64,000 bases of DNA from contig NC_086097.1 in NCBI RefSeq assembly GCF_963921235.1, positions 199,456,001 to 199,520,000 on the forward strand, written 5' to 3'. Within the stretch, counting starts at the first letter, position 1; each line of letters begins with the position of its first letter. The notes beneath the pieces are model-generated. The model ran no database searches. It was not told the origin of the DNA and saw nothing but the letters and a program-made list of their open reading frames with translations. Made by a program: the position numbers and the translations under genes. Of this stretch, positions 11,400 through 24,359 are shown in pieces. This DNA comes from Mobula hypostoma (Eukaryota).

Positions 11400-14300
11400 A
11401 GGTTTAAGTGGAGCAGCCATTATGTAAGTGGGGAACTGAGATTTATCTCATGAGGCTTTGGTGAGACAAGCAGGAGGGCAAGATCCCAGAGGCCATTTTG
11501 GAGGGACCATTGCGTGGGTGGGCCAGTATAGGATTGAGAAGCCTTGGCAAGGAAGCACAGGTGAGCAGCAGTTAAGAACAGGTGAGGATTTATATAGTAG
11601 TATACTAAATTAAGTAGTTAATTAAATAGAGTACCAATACAGGGTGAGATGATGTTGTAGCTACATGATGTGGAAGATGGTGGATTCCATTGTGGTTCCT
11701 GGTGACCACATCTGCAGCAAGCATTAGTTGCTTGAAGAATTCAGGTTCAAAGCTGATGATTGAAATCTGAGCTTCAAACACTGTGATGCATCAGGGATAG
11801 ATAGTGTTAACTGAACAGAGTGTTTCAGGAAGAAGTCACAACCATTAGATTAATGACTCCAAATTCAGTCTGTGGCCAGGGTCAAGACAATGAGACTGCA
11901 AGTGAGGAAGGTAGGTGGACCTAAGAATAGTGCTGGAGAAGCCTCAGCTATGAGCTTGCTCAACAGCTCTGAAATTTCTGCCCTCTGAGGATAAGATTTG
12001 GAGCTGTAGGAAAAAATGAGCAAATGAAACATGCAAGCAGTATATGAAATAAGGTAATGATCTTGTAATGCAGTTAGAAATTGGCAGGTATATTGTGAGC
12101 ATCACAGAGTCGTGGTTGGCAGTAGATCACAGTTCCAAGAGAAGATATTTGTAGTATGCTTAGGAGATGACGTTATAGAGCAGATGGTAGCCAAGCCAAA
12201 GAAGACTGGGTGTTGTGAAATAACCCGAAATGATGGACAAACTGATTAAGTATTTTGCATCAGTTTTCACTGTGGAAGACACCAGCAATATGCCATAGCT
12301 TCAAGAGTATGGGGCAGAAGAATGCAGTTGTTATTATTAAGAAGGTGCTTGGGAAGCTGAAAGGTCAGAAGACGGATATTTCATCTGGATCAGATGGACT
12401 ACAATACAGGATTCTGAAAGAGGTATCTGAAATGATTTTGGAGACATTAATAATGACCAAGAATGACTAGATTGTAGAATGGTTCTGGAGAACTAGCAAA
12501 ATGCAAATATCACTCCATTCTTTAAGAAGGGAAGAAGGCAAAAGAAGGCAATTTATAGTGATTGTGTAAGACATTTGAGGCCATTATTAAGGATGAGGGT
12601 TCAGGGTACTTGTAGGAATGTGATAAAATATATCAAAGTCAGCATTGTTTTCCTAAGGGGAAATCTTGCCTGAAAGATCTGTTGGAATTCTTTTAGAAAA
12701 TAACATGCAGGATAAACCAGGCCAAACCAAATTGCCTCACATCAGGCTTCTAAACAAGAAAATATCCCAAGATAGCAACATAGAAACACTACAGCACAAT
12801 ACAGGCCCTTCAGCCCACAATGCTGTGCCAAAAATGTACTTACTTTAGAAATTACCTAGGGTTACCCATAGCCCTCTATTTTACTAACCTCCATGTACCT
12901 ATCCAGGAGTCTCTTAAATGACTCTATCATATCCACCTCCACCACCATCACCAGCAGCAAATTCCATGCACTCACAACTCTCTGCATTTAAAAACTTACC
13001 CCTGACATCTTCTCTGTACTTACTTCCAAGCACCTTACAACTGCGCCCTCTCATGTTAGTTATTTCACCCCTGGCAAAAAGCCTCTGACTATCCACACGA
13101 TCAATGCCTCTCATCGTCTTGTACACCTCTATCAGGTCCCTTCTCATCCTCTGTTGCTCCAAGGAGAAAAGGCCAAGTTCACTCAACCTATTCTCGCAAG
13201 GCATGCTTCCCAATCCAGGCATCATCCTTGTGAATCTCCTCAGCACCCTTTCTACGGTTTCCACATCCTTCCTATTGTGAGGCGACCAGAACTGAGCACA
13301 GTACTCTAAGTGGGGTCTGACCAGGTCCTATATAGCTGTAATATTACCTCTAGGCTCTTAAACTCAATCCTACGGTTGATGAAGGCCAATGCACCGTATG
13401 CCTTCTTAATCACAGAGTCAACCTATGTAGCAACTTTGAGTGTCCTATGGACTCAGACCCCAAGATCCCTCTGAACCTCCACACTGCCAAGAGTCTTACC
13501 ATCAGTACTAGCAACGTATATTCTGCCATCATACTTGATCTACTAAAACGAACCACCTCACACTTATCTGGGTTGAACTCCATCTACCACTTCTCAGCCT
13601 AGTTTTGCATACTATCAAAATCCCGCTGTAACCTCTGACAGCCCTGCACACTATCCACAACACCTCCAAACTTCGTGTCAACTGCAAATTTACTAATCTA
13701 TCCCTCACTTCCTCATCCAGGTCATTTATAAAAATCACAGAAAGAAGGGGTGCCAGAACAGATCCCTGAGGCATACCACTGGTCACCAGCCTCCATGAAG
13801 AATATGACCTGTCTACAACCACTCCTTGCCTTCTGTGGGCAAGCCAGTTCTGGATCCACAAAGCAATGTCCCCTTGGATCCCATGCCTTCTTACTTTCTC
13901 AATAAGCCTTGCATGGGATACCTTATCAAATGCCTTGCTGAAATCCATATACACTATATCTACTGCTCTACCTTCATCAACATGTTTAGTCACATCCTCA
14001 AATAAATTCAATCAGGCTCGCAAGGTATGACCTGCCTTTGACAAAGCCATGCTGGCTATTCCTAATCATATTGTGCCTCTCCAAATGTTCATAAATCCTG
14101 CCTCTCAGGATCTTTTCCATCAACTTACCAACCACTGAAGTAAGACTCACTGATCAACAATTTCTTGGGCTATCTCTACTCCCTTTCTTGAATAAGGGAA
14201 CAACACCTGCAACCCTCCAATACTCTGGAACCTCTCCCATTCCCATTGATGATGCAAAGATCATTGCTAGAGACTCAGCAATCTCGTCCCTCATCTCCCA

Positions 14301-15585
14301 CAGTAGTCTGGGGTACGTCTCATCCGGTCCCAGAGACTTAACCAATTTGATGCATTCCAAAAATTCCAGCACATCCTCTTTCTTAATGTCTATATGCTCC
14401 AGTTTTTCAATCCACTGTAAGTTATCTCTACAATCACCGAGATCCTTTTCCGTACTGAATACTGAAGCATTCACTTGCTTCCCTGTAATGATATTATAGG
14501 GAAGATACAAGCATGGATAGAAGATTGGCTGACTGGCAGAAGACAGGGTGTTGGGTAAAAAGGGGATCTTTTCTGGTTGGTTGCTGATCACTAGTGTTCT
14601 GCAGGTGTCAGTGTTGGGTCCACTTTTATATGGCAATGATATGAGTGACGGAATTGATGACGGTGTGGCTAAGATTGCAGATGGTACAAAGATTGGTGGA
14701 GGGGCAGTTACTATTGAGGAACCAGGCAATCTGCAGAGGACTTTCTAGGAGAATAGGCAAAGTGGAAGATGAAAGGCAATGTAGGGAAGTGTATGGTCCT
14801 GCACTTTAGAGAAGGAATAAAGGTGTGGACTATTTTCCAAACGGGGAATGAATTCAGAAATCAGAGGAGTAAAATAATTTGGGAATCCTAGTTTAGGTTT
14901 CTCTAAAGGTTAACATGCAGGTTGAATAAAGGAGGCAAATATGATGTTGACATTCATTTTCCTAAAATATAAAAGCAAGTATGTAATGCTGAGGCTTTAT
15001 GAGGCATTCGTCAGATGGCCATTTTGGAGTATTGTGGGCAGTTTTGGGTCTCATATCTAGGTAAATGTGTGCTGTCTTTGGGTCCAAGGGAGTTTTACAA
15101 GAATGATCCTGGTAAAGAAAGGGTTCACGTATGAGCAGTGTTTGATGGCTCTAGCCTGTACTCACTGGAGAAGAGAAGAATGAAGGATATCACTGAAATC
15201 TAGTGAATATTGAAAGGCCTATTATTGAATATTATTGAATATTGAAAGTGGATGTGGAGAAGATGTTTCCATTAGTGGGAGAGTCTAAGACTGGGAGCAT
15301 AGCCTCATAATAGAATGATGTCCCTTTAGGACAGAGATGTGGAGGAATTTCTTTAGCCAAAGGCTGGTGAACTGTGGAATTCATTGCTTCAGATAGGTGT
15401 GAAGGCCAAGTTATTAGGTATATTTAAAGCAGTTGTTGATGGGTTCTTGACCAATAAAGGCATCAAATATTACACGGAGAATACAGCAAAATAAAGTTAA
15501 GAGGGATAGTAAATCAAACATGATCAAATGTCAGAGTGGACGTGATGTACCAATGGTCTAATTCTGTTCCTTTGTCTTATGGCTT
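11400..15585 (+). mobile_element. Old CR1 LINE (outer element) interrupted by an antisense CR1 at about 12778-14468
   Basis: KVLGKLKGQKTDISSGSDGLQYRILKEV before the insert; SGWLLITSVLQVSVLGPLL...KIADGTKIGG after it; CR1-type 3' end near 15550-15585. Confidence 0.82.
12778..14468 (-). mobile_element. Younger 5'-truncated CR1 LINE (RT + 3' end)
   Basis: ORFs VDIVYMDFSKAFDKVSHARL, SGMPQGSVLAPLL, GPDETYPRLLWE, ERVLRRFTRMMPGL; 3' tail near-identical to copies at 29.7 and 56.5 kb. Confidence 0.95.
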
Positions 15586-17619
15586 TGTTCTAAAACTTCC
15601 AAATTGCTGATATCAGTTGTTGCGGCTATTCTAACAATCAGTGCTACTGCTGGTACCCCCTCAGATTGTTTAACTTATGTGACACGCACTCCAATCACTC
15701 CAGTAATGATGTTCTGAAAGTTGCAGGACTGTATTCGATCCTTTATTAGCAACTAGCAAAACATAAAATCTTGAAGCATTGAAACTTGAGCGTAATCAAG
15801 TGTGACTAAGTGGTCAACAAAGGATATGACATCTGTTGGTCACCAGCTTTAACTGCTCAGCACAAAGCATGAATACATAACTTACTCCCTTTGCTTTTAC
15901 CACACACCAACTCATGTGGCTAGTTATCATAATAAACATGCAACATAGAATAAAATGCTGATAGAGGACAGATGCATGGCTCCTATTTCCGTGTTTCCAG
16001 TATAGACGCCAATTTCTTCCATTGCCATTTTCTAAAATAAATTTATCAATTAACATGTTTTAAAGTAGTTTATTTTATATAAATTCATGTTGAAGTTACC
16101 AACATTTTTTTGATTGTACAACTTAATGAAGAAGCTGCTTTGATCCTGAACGGAAAAGGCACTATGCAGAAGACTTGATTGTGCCTCTCTGACATTTTAC
16201 TGCTGGTGCCACTGATTTGTTCAAGGAAAGCAAAGCAAAGCAGCATCACTGTTAGAACTGATCACATGCTCTGCAGTTGCTTATAGAATACTGATGTCAT
16301 GTATAAAATCTGTAAATAGTTCTGAGGCTGAAAATCGTCTCCAGCATTTTCAGAAACATATGGTAATGGTTATTTGGTATAAATTCACATATAGTTAGCA
16401 AGTTCTGGTATATGAACATTTTTTTAATAATACAATTGCAACCAAAGCTGCATGATTTCTGAGATTTCCACTGGTTTCAAAGGTTGCAACTAGGTGAAAC
16501 CTGCTCCTGTTCTTGAGGTCTTTCCCTTCAATTCCATGCTGAATTCTCACCAACAAGAGATGTGAGAATGGAATTATACCAGTTTTATATAAAACCATTT
16601 GAAGATAAATGAGGCATCTTTTACAAAAGTACACCTCTCACACTAGTATGGAACATGAGAAAGAGAATGAAAGGGAAAGTTGTAGTTTGAGGTACCACAT
16701 ATGGCAAGTAGATCTGATATGTGATGGTTAAGAATTCCAAGGAGTCAGGGTAGGGGGTTGCAGAGGTTTACATTTTCAAGGACACTTTGAAAGCATTCTT
16801 GAATATTTTCTTTTGTCCTTCTGCTAAAATTCTTCCATGACAGAACTTGGAATAAAGTGAATATTTCTGGTATCTGTTCACTAAGGCACTGATCGCAGTC
16901 TGCTGGGTAGTCACTGGTTTGATTGGGGCAATAATGTTTTACCCCTATGCTAGAAAGTGGACAGACACACACCTTATGGAGTCAGCCAATTTATCTCCTT
17001 TCAGCTACTAAGTACCCAGAGTTTGGGGAATTTTAATTGACGGAGATGGAAGTAGAATTAATGTAAACATTGAAGTATACAACTCTGTTAAAGCACTTGA
17101 TGAAATGCCCACTCCCACTGAGCACTCACACACACGCCGGCAGGTCACAAGGATCTGAAGGTTTTAAGCTTTCGAGGCTGCTCAGAAGTATGGTGTTTCC
17201 TCTGCCTTGGTCTATATTAAGTTTAAGGAACCACTTATCAATATCATAGAGCAGAAAGTTCCTTCAGATAAGGGGAGTCACATACAGTACAGGGATGTTA
17301 GCAATCCTGTATGTGAAGCAACCTCAGAATATCTCTTCTTTTGATTCAGGTTTCTATCCACTTTTTCCATACCTTAAGTGCAGACTCTCACTATCACCTA
17401 CATTCTGTTTTCCATTTCTAAGCTTTGGGGACCACTAGAGTAGATACTTTTGGACAAAACAGATTACTATGTAATCTCCTAATATTGATTCCTAAGAAGT
17501 AGAAAGAAATAAGCTCTTTAAGAGAGAAGTCTTTTGTCAAAATTACTTGGAGTTCTGAAGGTTACATCGTTTCACCATATACTTTGTGTTCCAGCTGTAC
17601 CTCACAGAAAGAGGTCATC

Positions 17620-19555
17620 TGAAACATCCTCTTTCCCAAAGGACACACTGCTGATCTTTGCAATGTTTGATGGATTTCAATGAGATTCCCCTTCATTTTT
17701 CTAAACACCAGCGACTACAGGCCCAGAGCCATCAAATGCTCCTCATACTGTAACCCAATCCAATTTTTCAAGATCAATCTTGTGAATCTCTTCTGGACTC
17801 TTTCTAACACCAGGACATCTCTGCTTAGATAAGGGACCCAAAAACTGCTCACAATACTCCAAGTGCAGTCTGACCAGCACCCTATAAACCTCAGCATTAC
17901 ATCCTCATTGTTATAATCTAGTCCTCTCAAAAGGAATGCTAACATTGCATTTGCCTTCTTTACACTTGATTTAATCTGCAAGTTAACCCTTAGGAAATTG
18001 TGCATGAGGACTCCCAAGTCACTTAGTACCTTTGACTTCTGAGTTTGCTCACCAGTTAGAAAACAGTCTTTGTCTTCATTCCTTCTACCAAAATGCATGA
18101 CCATACACTTCCCTACACTGTATTCCAGGGGTCCCCAAACTTTTTTGCACTGCAGACCGGTTTATTATTGACAATATTTTTGCAGACCAGCTGACCCGGG
18201 GTGGGGGGTGGGGTAGGGTTGCCAACAGACAAGAGTAGCAATCAAATACATTGTGTTTACCCCGAGAAAGACTACAATGACCATGAAGCCTTGCACGGGC
18301 ACCAGTGCGCATGCGTGTACGTGCAGCTTTTTCTCTGCAAATCGTTTTTGGTGATACTGTTCCGGGTGGGTGGGGGTGTTAATCACGACCGGAATATAGA
18401 TGAGAAGTGGCTAATACACTAATTTCATTTCTAAAAGGGTTTATCTAATGAATTTAATATTAAACACACAGCGCATATTTTCCTTGCATTAATATAGTGA
18501 TAAGTCAAATATCAGGGGAGGGCAGGGGAGCATGAAGTGTTGGACGAACTTCCAGTAGAAGTGGTAGAGGCATGTTCGATATTATCATTTAAAGAAAAAT
18601 TGGATAGGTATATGGACAGGAAAGGAATGGAGGCTTATGGGCTGAGTGCAGGTTGGTGGGACTGGGTGAGAGTAAGCGTTCGGCACAGACTAGAAGGGCA
18701 GATGTAGCCTGTTTCCATGCTGTAATTGTTATATGGTTATATAAGTCACTTATAAGTCAAACATTTTAAGTAACGTTTGAATATTAAACACACAGCGCAT
18801 ATTTTCCCCGTATGAACATATAAAATCATTGCAATGCACCAATATCGCTGAATCAGTGGGAGCCCTGGGCTGAATACTTGTTTTCCTGCAACAAGACGGT
18901 CCTATCGAGGGGTGATAGGAGGCAGCGATACTCAAAGTGGGTCTATTCCGCAATTTAGTTTTCGTTACATTCATTGCAGAGATATGTTGGAAATGGATGC
19001 AACGCTTTCTGTGATTTCATGGCTATCTCAAGATATTTAGCCTTGACTTTGATCCAGAATGCCGGAAGAGATGTTATGTCAAACATACTTTTCAGCCCAC
19101 TATCATTTGCAAGCTCAAAGAGTTGTTCTTCTTCCCGCACTGACATGGATGACGTGTGCGTAATGACCTCGTGTGCATTCAAGTTCAACAGTGGGCGTGA
19201 CAGGGAATGAGGAAAGGTGCAGCTGACTCCTATCGCCAAATCATATCGTTTCCTCGTGGCCCGGTAGCACATGCTTTGCGGCCCGGTATCGGTCTGCAGC
19301 CCGGTGGTTGGGGACCGCTGCTGTACTCATTGCTTTGCCCATTCTCCTAATCTGTCCAAGTCCTTCTGCAGAATCACTGCTTCCTCATCACTACCAGTCC
19401 CTCTACCTAGCTTTGTATCGTTCACAAAGCCATCAATTCCATCATCGAAATCATTGACATATAACATGAAAGGAAGTGGTCCCAATGCCAGACCCTGCAG
19501 AACACCACTTGCCAACCAGAAATAGCCCCCTTTATTCTCACTCTTTGCCTCCAAC
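17620..19555 (-). mobile_element. CR1 LINE fragment split by a hAT transposon
   Basis: GVLQGLALGPLPFMLYVNDFD...LQKDLDRLGEWAK (19327-19554) continues as VMHFGRRN...LERVQKRFTRLI (17715-18104) across the insertion. Confidence 0.9.
18126..19320 (-). mobile_element. hAT (Charlie/Buster-type) non-autonomous DNA transposon, composite
   Basis: TIRs caggggtccccaa ... ttggggaccgctg; 8-bp TSD ctgtattc (18118-18125) / ctgtactc (19321-19328); residual hAT C-terminal dimerisation domain EEQLFELANDSGLKSMF...LPAFWIKVKAKY...PFPTYLC. Confidence 0.92.
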
Positions 19556-19559
19556 CAAT

Positions 19560-19885
19560 TAGTTTTATTGTCACATATACATCACAATATTAAAGCATAC
19601 AGTGTAACACATTGTATTGTGTCAACGATCAACACAGTCTGAGGTTTTGCTGGGTAGTCCGCAGATGTCGTCATGCTTCTGGCACCAACATAGCATGCCC
19701 ACAATTTACTAATCCTAATCCTACATCCTTAGAGTGTGAGAGGAAACCAGAGCATGTGGAGGAAGCTCACGTGGTCACGGGCAGAATGTACAAAGTGCTG
19801 CCAGACAGCAGAGGGAATCAAACCCCATCAGAGATCGGTGGCACTGGAAAGCCGTTGTTCTAACTGCTATGCTGCCATGCCGCCC
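19560..19885 (-). mobile_element. tRNA-derived SINE (HE1/V-SINE-like)
   Basis: Reverse complement of the SINE core (tgtacattct...gtgacc...ggtttcctc...ttagtaaattgtgggcatgct) seen at 26.1 kb. Confidence 0.8.
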
Positions 19886-20311
19886 CATTGTGGACCACTG
19901 ACTGAATTGGAATCTGCCAGCTTGGAAATTAGAGTGATTGGTAGTGGTAGGTGCAGGATGGGCGAGGTGACAAGGCACTTTGAAGTGGAATCTTCACTTG
20001 TGCACATGAAGACTGGCAGAGTTATGCACACTTCACATGAAGGAGTCAGAGTGGTGCCTAGCAGGACCCAATGCTCTTGTGCCTCTGTTACCTTTCCTAC
20101 ACGGCTTGGTCATTGAAATATTTCTTTCATTGTGGAGATCACTCCAGCACTAACTTCTTGGGTCACTTCTATCTGTATCACTTCCTAAAGGCTGCAGGTT
20201 TCTTTTTCCTATCTTCAGAAGGAACCTTTTTTTGACTTTACTACATTGACAGACACTTCACAGAACGTGGTCGTGAATTTTTCTTCCTTTCCTGGTGATG
20301 CTGTTTTCACG

Positions 20312-20942
20312 TGTAACCTCCTGGTAAGCCTCAGGCTCGCTCAACTCGCTTCCGTCTAGGGGAAGCAGCCTTCGACCCTGCCAAACTGGGTATTTAAGTT
20401 TGAATGGATGCTGTGTGATGTACCCCACCCCGCCAAATAACAGACAGTACACCAGATAGGATTAAATGATTACAATTTATAGATCTAACTGGAACTATGT
20501 AATTAATAGAGATAAAATATAAAAGGAAAGTAAAAGGCGCCAAACTTATCAAAGTGCAACCACTTCGTGCATAACTGTTGGAGCTCAATTAATGGAGTCT
20601 TCCTTCTACCATTCGATCCCCTCTGACCTCCTCGACCCGCCAAAGACCCTGGGCCTCGGACTCCCGCTCGGGGTCTATTCTGTCGCCCAGTTTACAGCAT
20701 TGCGTCTCCCCTCTCTGATCCCATCGCACCTTCTGCCCCAAAGCCCGCGAAAACAATAGCTTACAGATACACAAGCAAGAATAACATCTATCCAAATTGG
20801 TTAGCAAATGAATACAATTCTCTCTATCAGTAATTATAACCCAAACAAGCTGCTATAGAGAAGTACTTTCTCAGCAGTTAACATAACAAAGAAGCCATTT
20901 TTATTAGCCTTAGCAGTAACATAAAAGAAGAAACCTCTTACA
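20312..20942. mobile_element. Solo LTR (631 bp), probably Gypsy-type
   Basis: Termini TGTAA...TTACA; 4-bp flanks cacg / cgcg (one CpG-type change); GC/CpG-richer than flanks; no coding capacity. Confidence 0.8.
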
Positions 20943-22631
20943 CGCGTCTGTAAGAACAATGTGTAAAACTTCTCCCTTCTACTTTATGGTTTCTTGACTG
21001 TGCTGTTTAAAAATCAAGGAAAGTCCTGTCATGTGGCTCCACAACACAGCAGTTTTAGGTAGCTTGAATGTGCATAATTGAAGTTAAAATAATAATGAAT
21101 CATTCATGTTTGGCGACAATAAAGTATAAAGTATAAGTATGTTGAAGCCATTCATTTCACCAAGATTGCATAATTGAGGAATATTATCATCTGTTCTGAT
21201 TCCACATTGAGCATTGAGCCCCAGAGACTGGGGTATCAAATCCAGGGTGGTGCTCTAATCCACTGCATCGTTATTAGGAGTATAGTCTTTTGGATGAAAC
21301 ATCAACCCAAAGACAAATTTTCTCTCACTGGTGAACATAAAAGACCCAAAGACACAATTGCAAAGCAAGAATGTCCAGTGACGAATATTTATCATAAAAT
21401 GGGTTTCGATAGAACTGGAATCAAAATGGGTGCTTGGTGGTCAGGATGGGACCATTGGAATGAAGGGCCTCTTTCTGTACTGTATCTCAGCATCTTTCTA
21501 ATTGCCTCAAATTATCTGATGAATATTTCACTGTGATGGGAGGGAATTGTGCTGTGACCAAACTAGCTACCTCAGTTCAAATAATGGTGATTTCACTTGA
21601 CATAAATTGAAAGCAGCTTGGAATGTTTTGAGGTCATGGGGATTTGGTGTCTGAATGTGATTGTTCTCTTTGGATACATACAGTATGTAAGTAAAGGCAT
21701 TAAGAAAAAGATATCAGAGTTTAACCAGACTCCTGAAGTATAACCCTCTTAGATTTTGTACTTTCCACTGAGAAAAGAAGGCACCATACAAGGAACATTG
21801 TTGATCTCTGACAGTTTTCCTCAATAAGCAATGTCTTTCTTGAATCTGAGGATCTTTTTCTTGAATCTGACTTTGTAAAGTTTCAGTATATTAAACTATC
21901 ATCTGAAGTTTCAATGCGTACAGTATTTCCACACCTTCAATGATTTATGTGTTTTCCTGTGAAGTGCCCCCACTGTTCCACAAAATATCATTAGCAGTTA
22001 ATGTCATCATTTGAATAATGTCTTAAAATATGCTTTGCTGCAGCATTACAAAGGTAACAGCATGCAACAAGCAAGCAACTTCATCACAATGAACCACAAG
22101 AAGTATTGTAACATTCAGGAAATAACAGAGCAAAACAATAGTCACACAAGAACAACTGTGCAAGGAGATTAGCATTATATTATAACTGGTTCTGCAGAAT
22201 AATCACATGCAGCTAATGTCTAGGTAATAGGTTTTGTCAGATCTAATTGCAATGCACCACTTGCATGGGGAGAATATATAGCTGTCCTCTGAACTCTAAA
22301 GCAGAACAGTGTATCAAGTACCTAATCACAATATAGCCAGAACTGTCAATTGCTGGTTGACTGTATAATTGTATCTTGTTTACCACCTCCACGTGCTAAC
22401 CAATTTGACGTAAGAAATACTGGTTGTCAAGACTTTATGACCATGTTTGTGCTACATGAGGGAGCAACACAAAAACTGAGTTAAACAACACCATAAATTT
22501 TCCAAAGTTTGAATCATTAACTAATTGGAGGAAAACCACAGATGCTGTAAGTCCAAGCAACACACACACAGGTTGCTGCAGGAACTCAGCAGGCCAGGCA
22601 GCATCTTTAGAAAAGGGTAAACAGTCTTTTC

Positions 22632-23050
22632 TATAAGAAGTAAGAAGCTATAAAAAGCTTGAATAAAAGGAGAGCTTCGCGGGCATCCGGACATCCCGCA
22701 GGTCCAATCAGAGTCGGGAGCAGAGTACAATGAATTGAATAAAAGTACAGAAGGGACAAGTGGGGCAGCCATTGTTGGTAGTGGACCAGCAGTGAGAGTA
22801 GGAGCGTTCGGCTGTTACTCAAGAGGCTTCGACAAGAAGAGGCTGAGGCCTAAGACAAAGGTTAGATACAACTTTTGAGCAAATGGTTACACCCAGCATG
22901 CAGAATTTGGGGAGTAGATGGGTGACCACGGAGAGAGGTATAGGGAGAAGGAAGTTAGTGCAGGGTCCCCTTGTGGCCATTCCCCTCAGCAACAGGATAC
23001 TGCTGAGGGAGATGACCTATCTGGGCAAGGCAGCAGCAGCCAGACCAATT
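22632..23050 (+). mobile_element. CR1 5' UTR/ORF1 fragment, preceded by a short Penelope pLTR piece (22525-22630)
   Basis: RWVTTERG...QGPLVAIPLSNR resembles CR1 ORF1 (compare PVENSPVAVPLSNK at 60.2 kb). Confidence 0.7.
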
Positions 23051-23179
23051 ACAGGCCTTCTAACAAAAAGAAGCCCCTTTTTACACCTTCAGGCACCTTG
23101 TAGATTTCTGTGTCACCAATTAAAACTTGTTTCAAAAGTAATTTCCTTAATTCACAAGTGCAGCTGCCAATCATTCTTT

Positions 23180-23977
23180 GTGCCATAAGGAGGACGTTGG
23201 GAGCCAACACAAATGCAAGACACAGACACTGAAGTACTAGAACAGGACAAGGTGTATCAAAGAAGCAAGGGGAGTCAGGAAGAAACAATGCTGGACATGG
23301 ACACCGGCCCTGGACGAGACAAGGACACCTGGCCTGGGCTAGGACTAAGACTAGGAAAGCGGGACCAGGACAAGGAACTTGGACTTAGGAGCCTGGGCTA
23401 GGACTCCGACCCGGAGACTGGACAGGGACCTGGAACTTGGGTCTTGACTTCTTGACCTGGGCTCGGACCCCGGATCTAGGTGAGGACGAGACATGGCTAC
23501 AGGACTGGATGTGGAACTTCTGCACAGGACAAGGCACATGGACAGGACGAGAACACAAAGCCTTGACTTGGACACGACAAGGTTCTTGGACTAGGCTAGG
23601 CTTGGCTCTTGGACTCAGCTTGGTTAGGCCCTTGGGTACAAAGCCAGGACTCCTTCTTGGATTGCAGGGCCAGGACCCTTCCTAGGATGCAGGGCCGGGA
23701 ACCCTCCTAGGATGCAGGGCCGGGATGACTGCCGAGGATACTTGCCAAGGGAAACTGCCGAGGTAAACTGTCAAGGATTCAGATGGGGAGGGGAAGGTAA
23801 CAGTCCAGCAACCAATCCCTGGTTTGCAGAGGTATTTATGTGCCAGACTGAAATGAGAATCAGGTGCCTCAATTAAGGCACCCAACAGAACAAGGGAGAA
23901 AACAGGCAAACCCGGAACAAGGTTCGACGGACCAGATCGTGAACCGGAATGCGGACTTCACGGACCAGACCATGACA
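23180..23977. mobile_element. Solo LTR-like element with internal short tandem repeats
   Basis: TG...CA ends (tgccat / catgaca); GC-rich block in AT-rich flanks; repeated ggac-rich units and a duplicated cctaggatgcagggccggga; TSD not clean. Confidence 0.65.
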
Positions 23978-24193
23978 ACTTGTTTAAGAATTTGCCTTGA
24001 TTGAACATATCATTCAAAATATTTGTTAATAAATTCAATAAAATAATATATTTCAGAAATTTAGTTTCTCATCAATCATTGTAATACAAAGAAATCAAAG
24101 AAATCATAAATCCTACTCTTCAAGTCTTGGTAAATTAAGAAATACATTGTGGGTGCTCTACTAAATGAATATGTTGAAAATGCATAAATGTAG

Positions 24194-24292
24194 TTGAAAT
24201 CTCTAACCTTGCTGAGGATAAATCCCAACGGTTTGAGAGTGACTTCAATGTTGATCAAGATCTTAAGATAAACCATAAAAAGGACATAAGTG
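24194..24292 (+). CDS. Candidate internal exon of an unidentified host gene (EISNLAEDKSQRFESDFNVDQDLKINHKKDIS)
   Basis: AG...GTAATT boundaries, 99 nt, phase 1-1, open frame in non-repeat DNA; the acceptor pyrimidine tract is weak. Confidence 0.3.
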
Positions 24293-24359
24293 GTAATTGT
24301 TTTATATTGTTAAATATTGTTCATCTTGATAAACTATTTTTCAGATGTTATGGAAATTT

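Noticed and set aside
15814..16056. Minus-strand segment with AG/GT ends and a hydrophobic stretch (NWRLYWK...WCVVKAKG)
   Set aside because: No recognisable homology and no partner exon that I could link; not supported enough to call.
20416..20942. Shorter LTR starting at 20416 with tgtg/cgcg flanks
   Set aside because: The 20312 start gives 5-bp inverted termini and a better TSD match.
23213..23725. Repeat-rich ORFs or CRISPR-like array
   Set aside because: Units are irregular, lack unique spacers and lie inside an LTR-like block.
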